A DNA stretch of 64,000 nt, taken from contig JBFFBV010000008.1 in the NCBI GenBank assembly GCA_041560205.1, positions 1,467-65,466 of the forward strand. The letters are read 5' to 3'. The notes below the pieces were generated by a model. The model ran no database searches and was not told where the DNA came from. It saw nothing but the letters and a program-made list of their open reading frames with translations. The DNA is from Candidatus Sulfomarinibacter sp. (GTDB lineage: Bacteria > Acidobacteriota > Thermoanaerobaculia > Thermoanaerobaculales > Sulfomarinibacteraceae). The position numbers and the translations under genes are program-made. How positions within the stretch are numbered: the first letter of the stretch is position 1; each line of letters opens with the position of its first letter. Of this stretch, positions 1-8,740 are shown piece by piece.

Positions 1-1
1 C

Positions 2-1012
2 TACCTCGGCGACGGAAAGGGAGGCTTCAATTACTGGAGCGAGGCCCGCTGGCCGAAAGAGATGCCGTGGGACTATGGCGACGTGGCGGCGGCGGACTTC
101 AACGGTGACGGGCATCAGGACCTGGCCTTCGCCATCCACTTCAAACCGCATTTCGTGCTCTACGGCGATGGTGCCGGGCAATTCCCCAGTGGCGGTTTTC
201 TGGAACCGCCCCACCCTCTGCTGAGCTCGCGCGCGGTGACTGCGGCCGACTTCGACGGAGACTCTCGGATAGACCTCGCCTTCGTAGCGGAGATGGATTA
301 CAACCTGTCGACGAAAGCGCGGATCGAGGCCGCACCGACCGTCTGGGTGCAGTTCAACCGGGGTGACCGGTGGGAGCTCTCGACGGAAGGATTGCCGCGG
401 AACCACATCGCCGACGTGATCCGCGCCGCGGATCTGGACGGGGATGGTCGTCCAGAGCTGGTGCTCTCCACCAACACCTTGGGGCGCCGATTGCTTGTCT
501 ATTCGTACTCTGAGAGCGATGGTTGGCAGGCGGGCGAGCACCGCGGGATGTTGAGCGCCGCCTATCAGTACGACATCGAGCCCTCGCACCAGGAGCTCTT
601 CGCGACCTTCACCCAGTTCCGCGTGCTCGAGGATGGAACACAGGCACGAAACGGACTCGTGCGCTACCCCCTGAACACAGGGAGTGAGGAGTTGCTGATC
701 GGATCGCCGGTCGTGGTGGACGCGCAGCGAAACGATGTCTTCTTCCGGCTCGGTGTCGGCGACCTCGACGGCGACGGCCTGACCGATCTCGTGGCCGGAC
801 GCAAGGGCGGCGGCCTCGAGGTCTATCTGCAAACTCAGGATGGCTACTTCTACCGCGAGCGGGGTTCCGAGTTCGAAGGAATCGGACGTGCATATGACAT
901 TCGTCTGGTCGATCTGGACGGCGATGGGCGTGACGACATCGTCGCCGGGTGTGCACCGGAAGAGGGCAGGGCGGGCGGCGTCTACGTGTGGCTCAGCCGA
1001 CCCACGGTGTAG
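2..1012 (+). CDS. FG-GAP/VCBS-repeat protein (5' end lies outside window)
   Basis: Frame is open from base 2 (YLGDGKGGFNYW...) into track ORF 62..1012. Five FG-GAP-type Ca-binding repeats: DFNGDGHQDLAF, DFDGDSRIDLAF, DLDGDGRPELV, DLDGDGLTDLV, DLDGDGRDDIV. Confidence 0.8.
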   Translation, partial: YLGDGKGGFNYWSEARWPKEMPWDYGDVAAADFNGDGHQDLAFAIHFKPHFVLYGDGAGQFPSGGFLEPPHPLLSSRAVTAADFDGDSRIDLAFVAEMDYNLSTKARIEAAPTVWVQFNRGDRWELSTEGLPRNHIADVIRAADLDGDGRPELVLSTNTLGRRLLVYSYSESDGWQAGEHRGMLSAAYQYDIEPSHQELFATFTQFRVLEDGTQARNGLVRYPLNTGSEELLIGSPVVVDAQRNDVFFRLGVGDLDGDGLTDLVAGRKGGGLEVYLQTQDGYFYRERGSEFEGIGRAYDIRLVDLDGDGRDDIVAGCAPEEGRAGGVYVWLSRPTV

Positions 1013-1227
1013 GCGAGCGTTCGAGGGAGCGGTATGGTGCCGACTGCATGGCGTTCGCGTTGGTGTGCGGAGTTCCCTCCCTCAGGCTGCGCCGCACCCC
1101 TTGACTTGTCACGGTCAGAATGGGATCATTCCAGACAGTGGGTCACGGCCGACAGGGCCTTGACAGGGGCGCTCGCTTGAGATATCTTTTATGCTGTGAT
1201 GACATAAATTAGAGGATAAGTTGCTAG

Positions 1228-1240
1228 AAACAATTTGTTT
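1228..1240. promoter_or_regulatory. Perfect 13-bp palindrome AAACAAtTTGTTT inside an AT-rich island (candidate operator/promoter region)
   Basis: Bases 1181..1242 contain only 18 G/C of 62 in an otherwise GC-rich window. The palindrome lies ~105 nt upstream of ATG 1346. A TTGAGA -35-like hexamer sits at 1177..1182. Confidence 0.3.
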
Positions 1241-1345
1241 ACGGGAGGTGATGCGGGACATCGGAGGAGGGTAGAGGACGCTTGACCGGTCCGCAGGGCC
1301 GGCAGTTCTGATTCGAAAGTTCTAGAGGAAAGGAAGGAGCTGAGC

Positions 1346-2980
1346 ATGAAGAGATTTCTGACCTACGCGCTTGCGGTGGTTGTGGCCCTCGGCCTGACGA
1401 GCACCGTGTACGCGAACATCTGCGCGACCGACGTGGAGCCCGCGGCGACGCTGCTCTTCCCGTTCGTGCAGTACGACTACGAGGGCGGTGACAACGGCGA
1501 CAACACCCTGTTTGCCATCACCAACGTGTCCTCGGATGCAACCATCGTTCACATCACGATCTGGACCGACTACTCGATCGCGATCCTCGACTTCAACCTG
1601 ACGTTGACCGGTTACGACGTGCAGACCATGAGCATCCGCGACATCCTGCGCGACGGCGTTCTGCCGCACGATGCGACCGGCGCCAACGAGTGGTGGAACG
1701 GCCAGAACCCCCCGAACGGTCCGGGCACCAATGCCGGTCAACTCCCGTTTGCGGCGGGTCCGGTCTCGCCCTTCAACCAGCTGTGGGGAAGCACCCTTGA
1801 TGCTTATTTCAACGTCAACGGTCTGGGGCCTCCGGACTCCACCCACTTCCTGAACTGCGCGCCTCCGGGCACCCCGTCGGCCTACAACCCGTACTTCCCG
1901 GATGAGTGGATTTCGTCGCCGGTGAACTACGCGACGCCGATCCCGGCCGGAACGCTCGACATCTTCCAGGGTTACCTGCAGGCGAGCCAGCTCAACACCA
2001 CGGCCTACTCGAACTGCGGTTGGAGCGGCCTGGTCGAGTTCTCGGGCGGCACCTGGTACACCAACCAGGATCCGCGTCCGACCTGGATGTACGTCACGGC
2101 CGACGTGGTCGGCGCCTGCAACAAGGAGCTGCCCGACGGCGCGGTGGCGTACTTCAACCCCGCCATCACGGATCCCGTGACGACCCCTGGTATCCCTCAC
2201 GGACTGCTGGACAACAACGTCCTGATCGGTGACGTGATCTGGGTGAACCCGGGCAACAACTCCTCCGAGGCCGACAATGCGCTTCACCTCGAGGCACAGG
2301 ACGGCATCGTGACCACGCAGACTCCCTTCTTCAAGTCGACCACCTTCTACCACCGGTATCATCAGACGGTCCCGGCTTGGGAAGACGATCGTGAGCCGCT
2401 GCCGAATGCATGGGCGTTCCGTTACCTGGTTGCCGATGCGGCCAACGTCAGCACCCACATCCGCGCCTTCAAGGCGAGCACGGTCTTCGCGGTCAACGAC
2501 GATCTCCGTGGTCCCGACGTCTCGAGCCCCGCGGACGGAATCTACGATCCGATCACGGGTCCGAACCCGGCCGAGATGTGGGCCAACAGCTGCTTCGCCT
2601 ACACCTACTACGCGTGGGACGAGGACGAGAACGTGAACTCGGTCGATCCTGGTTTCGAGCCGCCGTGGTCCGGTGGTCCGACCGTGGATCCGGTGCCGGT
2701 TCCGAACCTGTTGCCGCTCGAGACCCAGGAGGTTTCGGCGGATCAGTTCTTCCTCGTCGGCGAGCCGGGCTTGGCCTTCGGTTGGATGCTGTTCGTGTGG
2801 CCGCCCTCGAACGGCACGACGCTTTCATCGCCGGCACTGGTGGATCACTACCAGACCTGGATGGGCGTGAAGTACGGCTACGGCACCTACAGCGCTGGCC
2901 TGAGCGGTGCTGTCATGGCCAACTACAGCTGTGACGCGACCGAGGTCCTGCCGCTTCTCGGCCTGAACGACGTCGACTGA
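1346..2980 (+). CDS. Secreted protein of unknown family (544 aa)
   Basis: AAGGAG RBS 6 nt before the ATG. Signal peptide MKRFLTYALAVVVALGLTSTVYA. Followed by a hairpin plus T-tract terminator. No family recognised. Confidence 0.85.
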   Translation: MKRFLTYALAVVVALGLTSTVYANICATDVEPAATLLFPFVQYDYEGGDNGDNTLFAITNVSSDATIVHITIWTDYSIAILDFNLTLTGYDVQTMSIRDILRDGVLPHDATGANEWWNGQNPPNGPGTNAGQLPFAAGPVSPFNQLWGSTLDAYFNVNGLGPPDSTHFLNCAPPGTPSAYNPYFPDEWISSPVNYATPIPAGTLDIFQGYLQASQLNTTAYSNCGWSGLVEFSGGTWYTNQDPRPTWMYVTADVVGACNKELPDGAVAYFNPAITDPVTTPGIPHGLLDNNVLIGDVIWVNPGNNSSEADNALHLEAQDGIVTTQTPFFKSTTFYHRYHQTVPAWEDDREPLPNAWAFRYLVADAANVSTHIRAFKASTVFAVNDDLRGPDVSSPADGIYDPITGPNPAEMWANSCFAYTYYAWDEDENVNSVDPGFEPPWSGGPTVDPVPVPNLLPLETQEVSADQFFLVGEPGLAFGWMLFVWPPSNGTTLSSPALVDHYQTWMGVKYGYGTYSAGLSGAVMANYSCDATEVLPLLGLNDVD

Positions 2981-3003
2981 TCGGCATCTGACAACGAACC
3001 TTG

Positions 3004-3032
3004 AGAGGCGGCCTTCGGGCCGCCTCTTTTTT
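3004..3032 (+). terminator. Rho-independent terminator
   Basis: AGAGGCGGCC-ttcg-GGCCGCCTCT 10-bp stem followed by TTTTTT, 24 nt after stop codon 2978-2980. Confidence 0.7.
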
Positions 3033-3061
3033 CGAGGCCGCAGCCGGCGGCTGCGGCCTCG
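3033..3061. other. Second perfect 12-13 bp GC hairpin flanked by T6 (5') and A6 (3')
   Basis: CGAGGCCGCAGCC-ggc-GGCTGCGGCCTCG. The T-run precedes and the A-run follows it on both strands, so it is not a classical terminator by itself. Confidence 0.5.
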
Positions 3062-3322
3062 AAAAAAGGCCATGCGATGAGCCGTCGCGGTGAGAGACCA
3101 GTTCGGATCGCCCCCGAGATCCGCGCGCCCCATGAGCGGGTTGACAAGCCGCCAACACGCGCGTATCGTTCCGCGTCGCGGCATGGGATGCCGCAACCGC
3201 CCGTGACCCCGGTCACGCGTCACCACATTCTGCATAAAGTACTGAAAAAAGAAGTCTCTAGACCGACTCGATCAGTTGACACGAAAGCCGTTATTAAAGT
3301 ACCGTCCAGGGTGGAGGTGAGC

Positions 3323-6300
3323 ATGAGTTGCTCATGGAACCGGACCTCTCAGAAATTCTCGCGCGCTGCGCTGCTCGGCGCGGCCGCGTTGCTCGTGATG
3401 ATCCCGACGACACCCGCTTGGGCGCAGTATTCGTGTCAGCCGCAGTGGGTCACCACCCTGCTCGACACGAGCGAGACCTGCGTCAACGAGCCGTGGCGCG
3501 AACGGGCCATGGGTGTGCAGAGCATCCGCTGGAAGGGTCACGACTACATCATCTTCAACCGGGGCAACGAGCTTTCGATCTACAACATCGACAACCCCAC
3601 TGCCCCGCTTTCCGTCGCCAAGTCCGAATACAGGTTCGGCACTCGAGGCGACTCCGACTATGACCTCCTCGACTTCGACGTGTGTGACGACTGCCGTTAC
3701 GGCGTCTTCGCCCACAAGGTCAAGGGCACGGTGGTCTTCGACCTGGGGAGCGGCAGTGAGCCGTACCTTGCCGCTGGAGGGTACTGGGCCAAAAACCCTG
3801 GTGACGCATTTGCGGGCGGTTCCACCTTCCAGAAGGATGGGCAGCAGTATCTCGTCCTGTCGACCTTCCCAGAGCATTGCGGGATGTTCGGAACGGGCCT
3901 TTACATGACGAATGGTCTCAGCACGCCCAACTTCGTGGAGTGCGTGGAGGTCGGAGGGGCCTCGGTTTTCATCAAGGGGATGCACCCCTACACCGTGGGG
4001 ACTACGCTCTACTTGTACGCGAGCGATGTGGGTGGCCAGACCCATGTGTTCCGGGCCGACGGGGCCGGAGCCGGGCTCACCCTGACCCATCTCAGCTCGC
4101 CGTCGCTGATGACGGCCCGACAGTACACCTTGTCGATCGACGCCAACAACGCGCGTGCGGCCTCCGGCCGCGCCGACAATGGCGACGGTGAGGTCACGAT
4201 CTGGGACCTGTCATCACCAACGAGCCCGCAGGCGCTGTTTAGCGTTCCGGGTGAGACGAACATCGTTTCCCTGAGCTCACCCAGCGCCAACGCCGATGCC
4301 ACCATGTTCACCGCGTACGGGGGTGACTTCGGTTCGGAACGCTCGTACACGGTTGGGTCCGGCGGACCCTTGGAGTTCGCGGGCGGCGACCCGAGCTTTT
4401 GGGGTGATCGCACCCTCGCCCACAACGAGCTGCCGGGCTGTGGCGTCCCGGTCAGCAGCGCGATCTCTCCAGACGGCTCGGTGCTCTACCTGAGCCGCAA
4501 CGTCATGCTCCAGGTTTTCGATCTGTCGGCCTGCCTGTCACCGGTTGAGGCCACCGCCGCCCTGACGCTGACGCCGAGCTCGGTCTACCCGGGCGAAACG
4601 GTGACCATCAGCGATGCCTCCACGGGCCAGGTCGACCGCAGGGCGATCTGGGTCACCGAGGAACCCGGGAGCGTTGTGGCTGCGGGAAGCACGGTGCCCA
4701 CGGCCGGCACCCTCCTCCCTCTCGCCTTCCAGATTCCGCCCGACGTTGCGGCGGGCACGAGCTATCAGGCCCACATCAAGGTCGAGAGCGACACGCTCAC
4801 ACCGGCCGTTCCGAGCGCCGACGTGTCGATCGGCATCGATCGTGCGCCGACCGCGAACATCGCGGTCGATCCTGCCGCCGTGATCGTTGGCGAGACCGTC
4901 AATCTCCAAGCGACTGTGAGCGGTGGATCTCCGTCGTCGTATCAGTGGGAGATCTGGGCGCCGGGTGCGACGACACCGGACACGCGGACCGGGCCCACGG
5001 TGGCTTCGTTGCTGCTGCCGTTGGCCGGAGAGTGGATCTTCAAGGTCGCCGCCACCTACGCCCACGAGGCGAGTTCCGGCGGGCCCTATGTGGCGAATTA
5101 TCAGCTCGCGTTCGACGTCACGTCAGTGGCGGCGGACTTCAGCATCTCGCCGCCGAGCCCGCTCCACACCCAGGTGATCACACTCGACGGCTCGATCTCC
5201 AAACCGATCGGGGGGAGCCTGAGCTTCGCGTGGAAGGTGGAAAGTCTGTTCCACGACTACAATGGTTGCAACGCCTTGCCCCAGTGCGTCATACCGGCCA
5301 ATTCGCTCAACCCCAACACCACCTACACGATCACCCTGACGGTCACCAACAACGCCGACCAGGAGTCCGACGAGGAGCCTCGTCAGCTCTTTGTCGGCGA
5401 TGGCAACATCAACCCGACCATCAGCTTCAGCCCGAGCAGCCCGGATATCGGTCAGAACACCGTCTTCACCATCAATGGCGTGACGGGGGACATCGATTCC
5501 GCAAGCTGGAGCATGGGTGGACCGGGGTGTGACGGCGCCGACTCGACACCTGAGTGCACCCCCAATCTCTGGCACGACTGCAAGACCCTGAGCTACAAGT
5601 ACTCCACCAGCGGTACCAAGACGGTCAACGTTTCACTGGTCATCGGCGGCAACACCTTCACTGCGCCCGCGCGAACTCTGACGGTCGATCCGAGTGGCAG
5701 CTGCTCTGGCCCGGCGCCTCCTCCTCCCCCCACATGCACATTTACCTTGGGTGATTCCGAGCAACTTTTCGGGCCCTATGGTGGCACGGACGCATTCAGC
5801 ATCACGACCAGTTTCGGGTGCTCGTGGACCGCGACGACATCGTCCTCGTGGATCACCCTCCAGCCGCCGACGTCTGGAACCGGTAGCGGCACGGTCCGCT
5901 ATTCGGTCGCAGTCAACGAGGGGCGCGCGCGAACCGGCACCATCATTGCCGCCAACAAAATCTTCGTCGTCAGCCAAGAAGCCAAGTTTGTGCCGGCCAA
6001 CTTCACCATGTCCAAACCCAATCCCGAGATCGGCGAGGTGATGACCTTCACGGTGGACCCGCTTCTCGAAGTTGTGAGCTGGGACTTCGGTGAGGCTGAC
6101 TGCCGTGGCAACAGCCCCAACATTAACTGCGCCTACCTTCCCTCGGGAACCTGCAATAACATGCAGTGGACCTATCCGACGTCGGGCCAGAAATCGATCA
6201 CCATGGTGTTGGCGGACACGCGGACACAGACCAAGTTCCCCACGGTGCAGCCGGTTGGGGAGTGCTGTCTCGCCGACGGGCGGCCGGATGCGGGCTTCAC

Positions 6301-8599
6301 CATGAGCGCGAGTGAGATCAACGCTGGCGACACGGTGTATTTCAGCGATACCTCGTCAAAGGCTTTCCAGAACAAGGCCGCCGTCGTTTCGTGGGCACCG
6401 ACGAGTCCCGAGATCGGTGACACCATCGTCTTCTCGCTCGGCGGCGTGGTCGGCGACATCGAGCTGGCAAGCTGGGATTTCGGGGGCGACGGGTGTGAGG
6501 GCGGGTCGACCGCAACCTGCGTGCCCTCCCTGTGGGACGACTGCACGGCAATCAGCTTTGCCTACGCCTCCGGTGGACAGAAATCGGTGAGCGTGTCCCT
6601 GCAGATGGCTGGGGGTGGTACGGAGAATGCCGGCCCGGTGACCGTGAATGTTGCCGACAGTGGCACCTGTGACGACGGCGGTGGCGGCGGTGGCTGCAGC
6701 TACGCGCTGAGCCAGTACAACGTGACCTTTCAGCCTGAAGGCGGCTCGGGATCGTTCAACGTCGACACCACCGACGAGTGCGCTTGGAACGCGACCACGA
6801 CGTTCTCGTGGTTGACCGTCGATTCGGATGCCGGTACGGGCCCCGGAACAGTGACCTACACCGTGGCGGCGAACGAAGGACTGTCCCCCCGGATCGCGAA
6901 CATCAGGGTCGAAGGCGAGGTCCACAAGGTGACCCAGCTGGCTGACGAGGGCGACACAGCGCCGTCTGCCTGGGCATGGACCGTCACCCGCATCGAGGAT
7001 GATGACGGCAATGTCGTGAATGAGATCGTCGGTTCGGGGAACACCCAAGATTTCAGCTTCCGGTTCGATGACCCAGGGGTCTATCAGGTAATGCTCGTTG
7101 CCAGCAACTGCCTCGGTTCCGATACCACGGTGCAGTACGTGACGGTCGGAGAGGCGCTGGTCGAGGAATTCGTGGTCGGCGCCGCGGTTCGCGCGGTCGG
7201 AGATGCCGGCACGAGCTGGGTCTCCGATTTTCGCTTCTTCAACCCGTGCGACGAGGAGATCGACGTTCAGATCGAGTACGAGCCGGGTGAGACGAACAAT
7301 GTGGGCAAGGCCCTGGCCAACAGCAGTTTCAGACTCGTGCCCAACGAGACGGTGAAGTACGCCGATGTCGCGGAAGCCATCCAGTCTCTCGACAGCGAGG
7401 AGACGCTGTCCGGCTCGATGCGCGTCGATTCTCAGAGCGATAGCGGCTGCAAAGTGTTGACGGTGTCGAGGACGTTCAACGATACCGCCCAGGGGAGCCT
7501 CGGGGTCTTCGTGCCAACAATTCCGGTGAGGCCGTCCCTTATGGATTATCTCGATCTCACCGGTCTGGTCAGCAACGCCAACTTCCGCACCAATGTCCGG
7601 CTTGTGAACTACGGTGATGAAGACGCGACGGTGAAGATCAAGATCTTCGACCATGCGGGCGATAGGATTGGCGAGGAGCCTCTGATCACCGTGCCGGCGC
7701 ACAGCACCGACCAGATCAACAATGTCCCGAACAGATTGCGAATCGGCGATGACCTGGATCTCTTCTCAGTTCGCGTCGAGACCTTCGGTCATGACGTCGA
7801 TGTCTTCGGGACGGTGATCGACCAGCTGACCGGGGACGCGGTCGTTGTGATGCCCACGTTTTCCGGCGACAACCGGATCTGGCTCGTTGGTGTTGCCAAC
7901 CTGACGGGCGAGAACGCTCGTTGGCGGAGCGACGTGTGGATCAGCAACCCCACCGATGATTGGCTCGCCGGGCGGGCGGAGTTCGTCATCGGATCCAACC
8001 CGGACGAGCTCGAAATCTACCACCTCGACTGGCCGGTGCTCAACCCTCACCGTTCCAAGGAATTCAGCGACATCGTCGCCGAGCAGTGGGGGCTGGAGGA
8101 CACCCGCGGATTCCTCGAGTTCATTGGAGAAAATGACACCCCGTCGCCCCTCGTGACGGCCAGGACATTTGACCTCGACCTCGAGGGCGGAAGTTATGGA
8201 CTCGGCATCAGGACCTTCACGGAAGACGATCTGCTGGATGCCGGCCACTCGGGCTATATCGTTGGAGTCTCCACCTCCGATGATCCGAGTCAGGGTTTCC
8301 ACACCAATCTCCACGTGCTGAACACCGACCACACCGAGTGGTCGAACGTCAGGATCACGATCTATGCTGTCGACGGCTCGGAGGCTGCCGCGCCCTGGTC
8401 ATTGCTGGTCGGGCCGAGGGTCTACAAGCTCTGGGAGATCTTCGGAAAGCTCGGGATCGACTCCAGCATGATTGGCACGATCAAGGTCGAGGTCCTCGAT
8501 GGGGGCAGCGTCGCGGCCTTTGCGACCGAAATCGACAACAAGAACCAGGACTCGATCTTTGTCCCGGCGCAACGCCGCTACATGGGTCTCGCGCGGTAG
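3323..8599 (+). CDS. Large secreted multidomain protein (~1758 aa): LVIVD-like beta-propeller, PKD-like and BACON-like Ig modules, four C-terminal repeats of unknown type
   Basis: - Start: GGAGGTGA RBS then ATG 3323. Signal peptide ...AALLGAAALLVMIPTTPAWAQ. The track start at 3077 is upstream of the RBS and signal peptide.
- LVIVD-like strands: LSIYNIDNPTAPLSV, VTIWDLSSPTSPQALFSV, LQVFDLSAC.
- PKD-like: ADFSISPPSPLHTQVITLDGS.
- BACON-like: CSWTATTSSSWITLQP..GSGTVRYSVAVNEG. Confidence 0.9.
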   Translation: MSCSWNRTSQKFSRAALLGAAALLVMIPTTPAWAQYSCQPQWVTTLLDTSETCVNEPWRERAMGVQSIRWKGHDYIIFNRGNELSIYNIDNPTAPLSVAKSEYRFGTRGDSDYDLLDFDVCDDCRYGVFAHKVKGTVVFDLGSGSEPYLAAGGYWAKNPGDAFAGGSTFQKDGQQYLVLSTFPEHCGMFGTGLYMTNGLSTPNFVECVEVGGASVFIKGMHPYTVGTTLYLYASDVGGQTHVFRADGAGAGLTLTHLSSPSLMTARQYTLSIDANNARAASGRADNGDGEVTIWDLSSPTSPQALFSVPGETNIVSLSSPSANADATMFTAYGGDFGSERSYTVGSGGPLEFAGGDPSFWGDRTLAHNELPGCGVPVSSAISPDGSVLYLSRNVMLQVFDLSACLSPVEATAALTLTPSSVYPGETVTISDASTGQVDRRAIWVTEEPGSVVAAGSTVPTAGTLLPLAFQIPPDVAAGTSYQAHIKVESDTLTPAVPSADVSIGIDRAPTANIAVDPAAVIVGETVNLQATVSGGSPSSYQWEIWAPGATTPDTRTGPTVASLLLPLAGEWIFKVAATYAHEASSGGPYVANYQLAFDVTSVAADFSISPPSPLHTQVITLDGSISKPIGGSLSFAWKVESLFHDYNGCNALPQCVIPANSLNPNTTYTITLTVTNNADQESDEEPRQLFVGDGNINPTISFSPSSPDIGQNTVFTINGVTGDIDSASWSMGGPGCDGADSTPECTPNLWHDCKTLSYKYSTSGTKTVNVSLVIGGNTFTAPARTLTVDPSGSCSGPAPPPPPTCTFTLGDSEQLFGPYGGTDAFSITTSFGCSWTATTSSSWITLQPPTSGTGSGTVRYSVAVNEGRARTGTIIAANKIFVVSQEAKFVPANFTMSKPNPEIGEVMTFTVDPLLEVVSWDFGEADCRGNSPNINCAYLPSGTCNNMQWTYPTSGQKSITMVLADTRTQTKFPTVQPVGECCLADGRPDAGFTMSASEINAGDTVYFSDTSSKAFQNKAAVVSWAPTSPEIGDTIVFSLGGVVGDIELASWDFGGDGCEGGSTATCVPSLWDDCTAISFAYASGGQKSVSVSLQMAGGGTENAGPVTVNVADSGTCDDGGGGGGCSYALSQYNVTFQPEGGSGSFNVDTTDECAWNATTTFSWLTVDSDAGTGPGTVTYTVAANEGLSPRIANIRVEGEVHKVTQLADEGDTAPSAWAWTVTRIEDDDGNVVNEIVGSGNTQDFSFRFDDPGVYQVMLVASNCLGSDTTVQYVTVGEALVEEFVVGAAVRAVGDAGTSWVSDFRFFNPCDEEIDVQIEYEPGETNNVGKALANSSFRLVPNETVKYADVAEAIQSLDSEETLSGSMRVDSQSDSGCKVLTVSRTFNDTAQGSLGVFVPTIPVRPSLMDYLDLTGLVSNANFRTNVRLVNYGDEDATVKIKIFDHAGDRIGEEPLITVPAHSTDQINNVPNRLRIGDDLDLFSVRVETFGHDVDVFGTVIDQLTGDAVVVMPTFSGDNRIWLVGVANLTGENARWRSDVWISNPTDDWLAGRAEFVIGSNPDELEIYHLDWPVLNPHRSKEFSDIVAEQWGLEDTRGFLEFIGENDTPSPLVTARTFDLDLEGGSYGLGIRTFTEDDLLDAGHSGYIVGVSTSDDPSQGFHTNLHVLNTDHTEWSNVRITIYAVDGSEAAAPWSLLVGPRVYKLWEIFGKLGIDSSMIGTIKVEVLDGGSVAAFATEIDNKNQDSIFVPAQRRYMGLAR

Positions 8600-8623
8600 C
8601 CAGAGCAACATCTTCGCATTTGA

Positions 8624-8653
8624 CCGGGGGCGTGCATGCGCCCCCGGTTCGTT
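8624..8653 (+). terminator. Rho-independent terminator-like hairpin
   Basis: CCGGGGGCG-tgcatg-CGCCCCCGG 9-bp GC stem followed by TTCGTT, 25 nt after stop codon 8597-8599. Confidence 0.6.
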
Positions 8654-8667
8654 GACCTTTTCTCGGG

Positions 8668-8683
8668 TGGCACAGCAATTGCT
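8668..8683 (+). promoter_or_regulatory. Sigma-54 (RpoN) -24/-12 promoter
   Basis: TGGCAC-agcaa-TTGCT matches the consensus TGGCAC-N5-TTGCW exactly. It lies ~58 nt upstream of ATG 8741 and downstream of the preceding terminator. Confidence 0.6.
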
Positions 8684-8740
8684 TTATAATCCCCTCGCCC
8701 CCGGCGAAGCGCCACATTGGCATTCATGAAGGAGTTCTCT

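Noticed and set aside
3033-3067. Second hairpin as a bidirectional intrinsic terminator
   Set aside because: On both strands the T-run is 5' and the A-run 3' of the stem, so no U-tract follows the hairpin in either transcript. Only the first hairpin (3004..3032) fits a terminator.
3077-3322. N-terminal extension of the giant protein (track start 3077)
   Set aside because: The extension begins inside the terminator hairpins, is Arg/Pro-rich, and precedes a strong RBS plus ATG 3323 that is followed directly by a signal peptide.
8560-8599. PEP-CTERM, LPXTG or other sorting signal at the C-termini of the secreted proteins (also 2940..2980 and 9510..9550)
   Set aside because: The C-termini read ...VPAQRRYMGLAR, ...LGLNDVD and ...ALEEEEE. 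None has a motif followed by a TM helix and basic tail.
8653-8689. Sigma-70 promoter TTGACC ... TATAAT upstream of 8741
   Set aside because: The two hexamers are 27 nt apart. The sequence between them fits the sigma-54 consensus instead, so a sigma-70 assignment is not supported.
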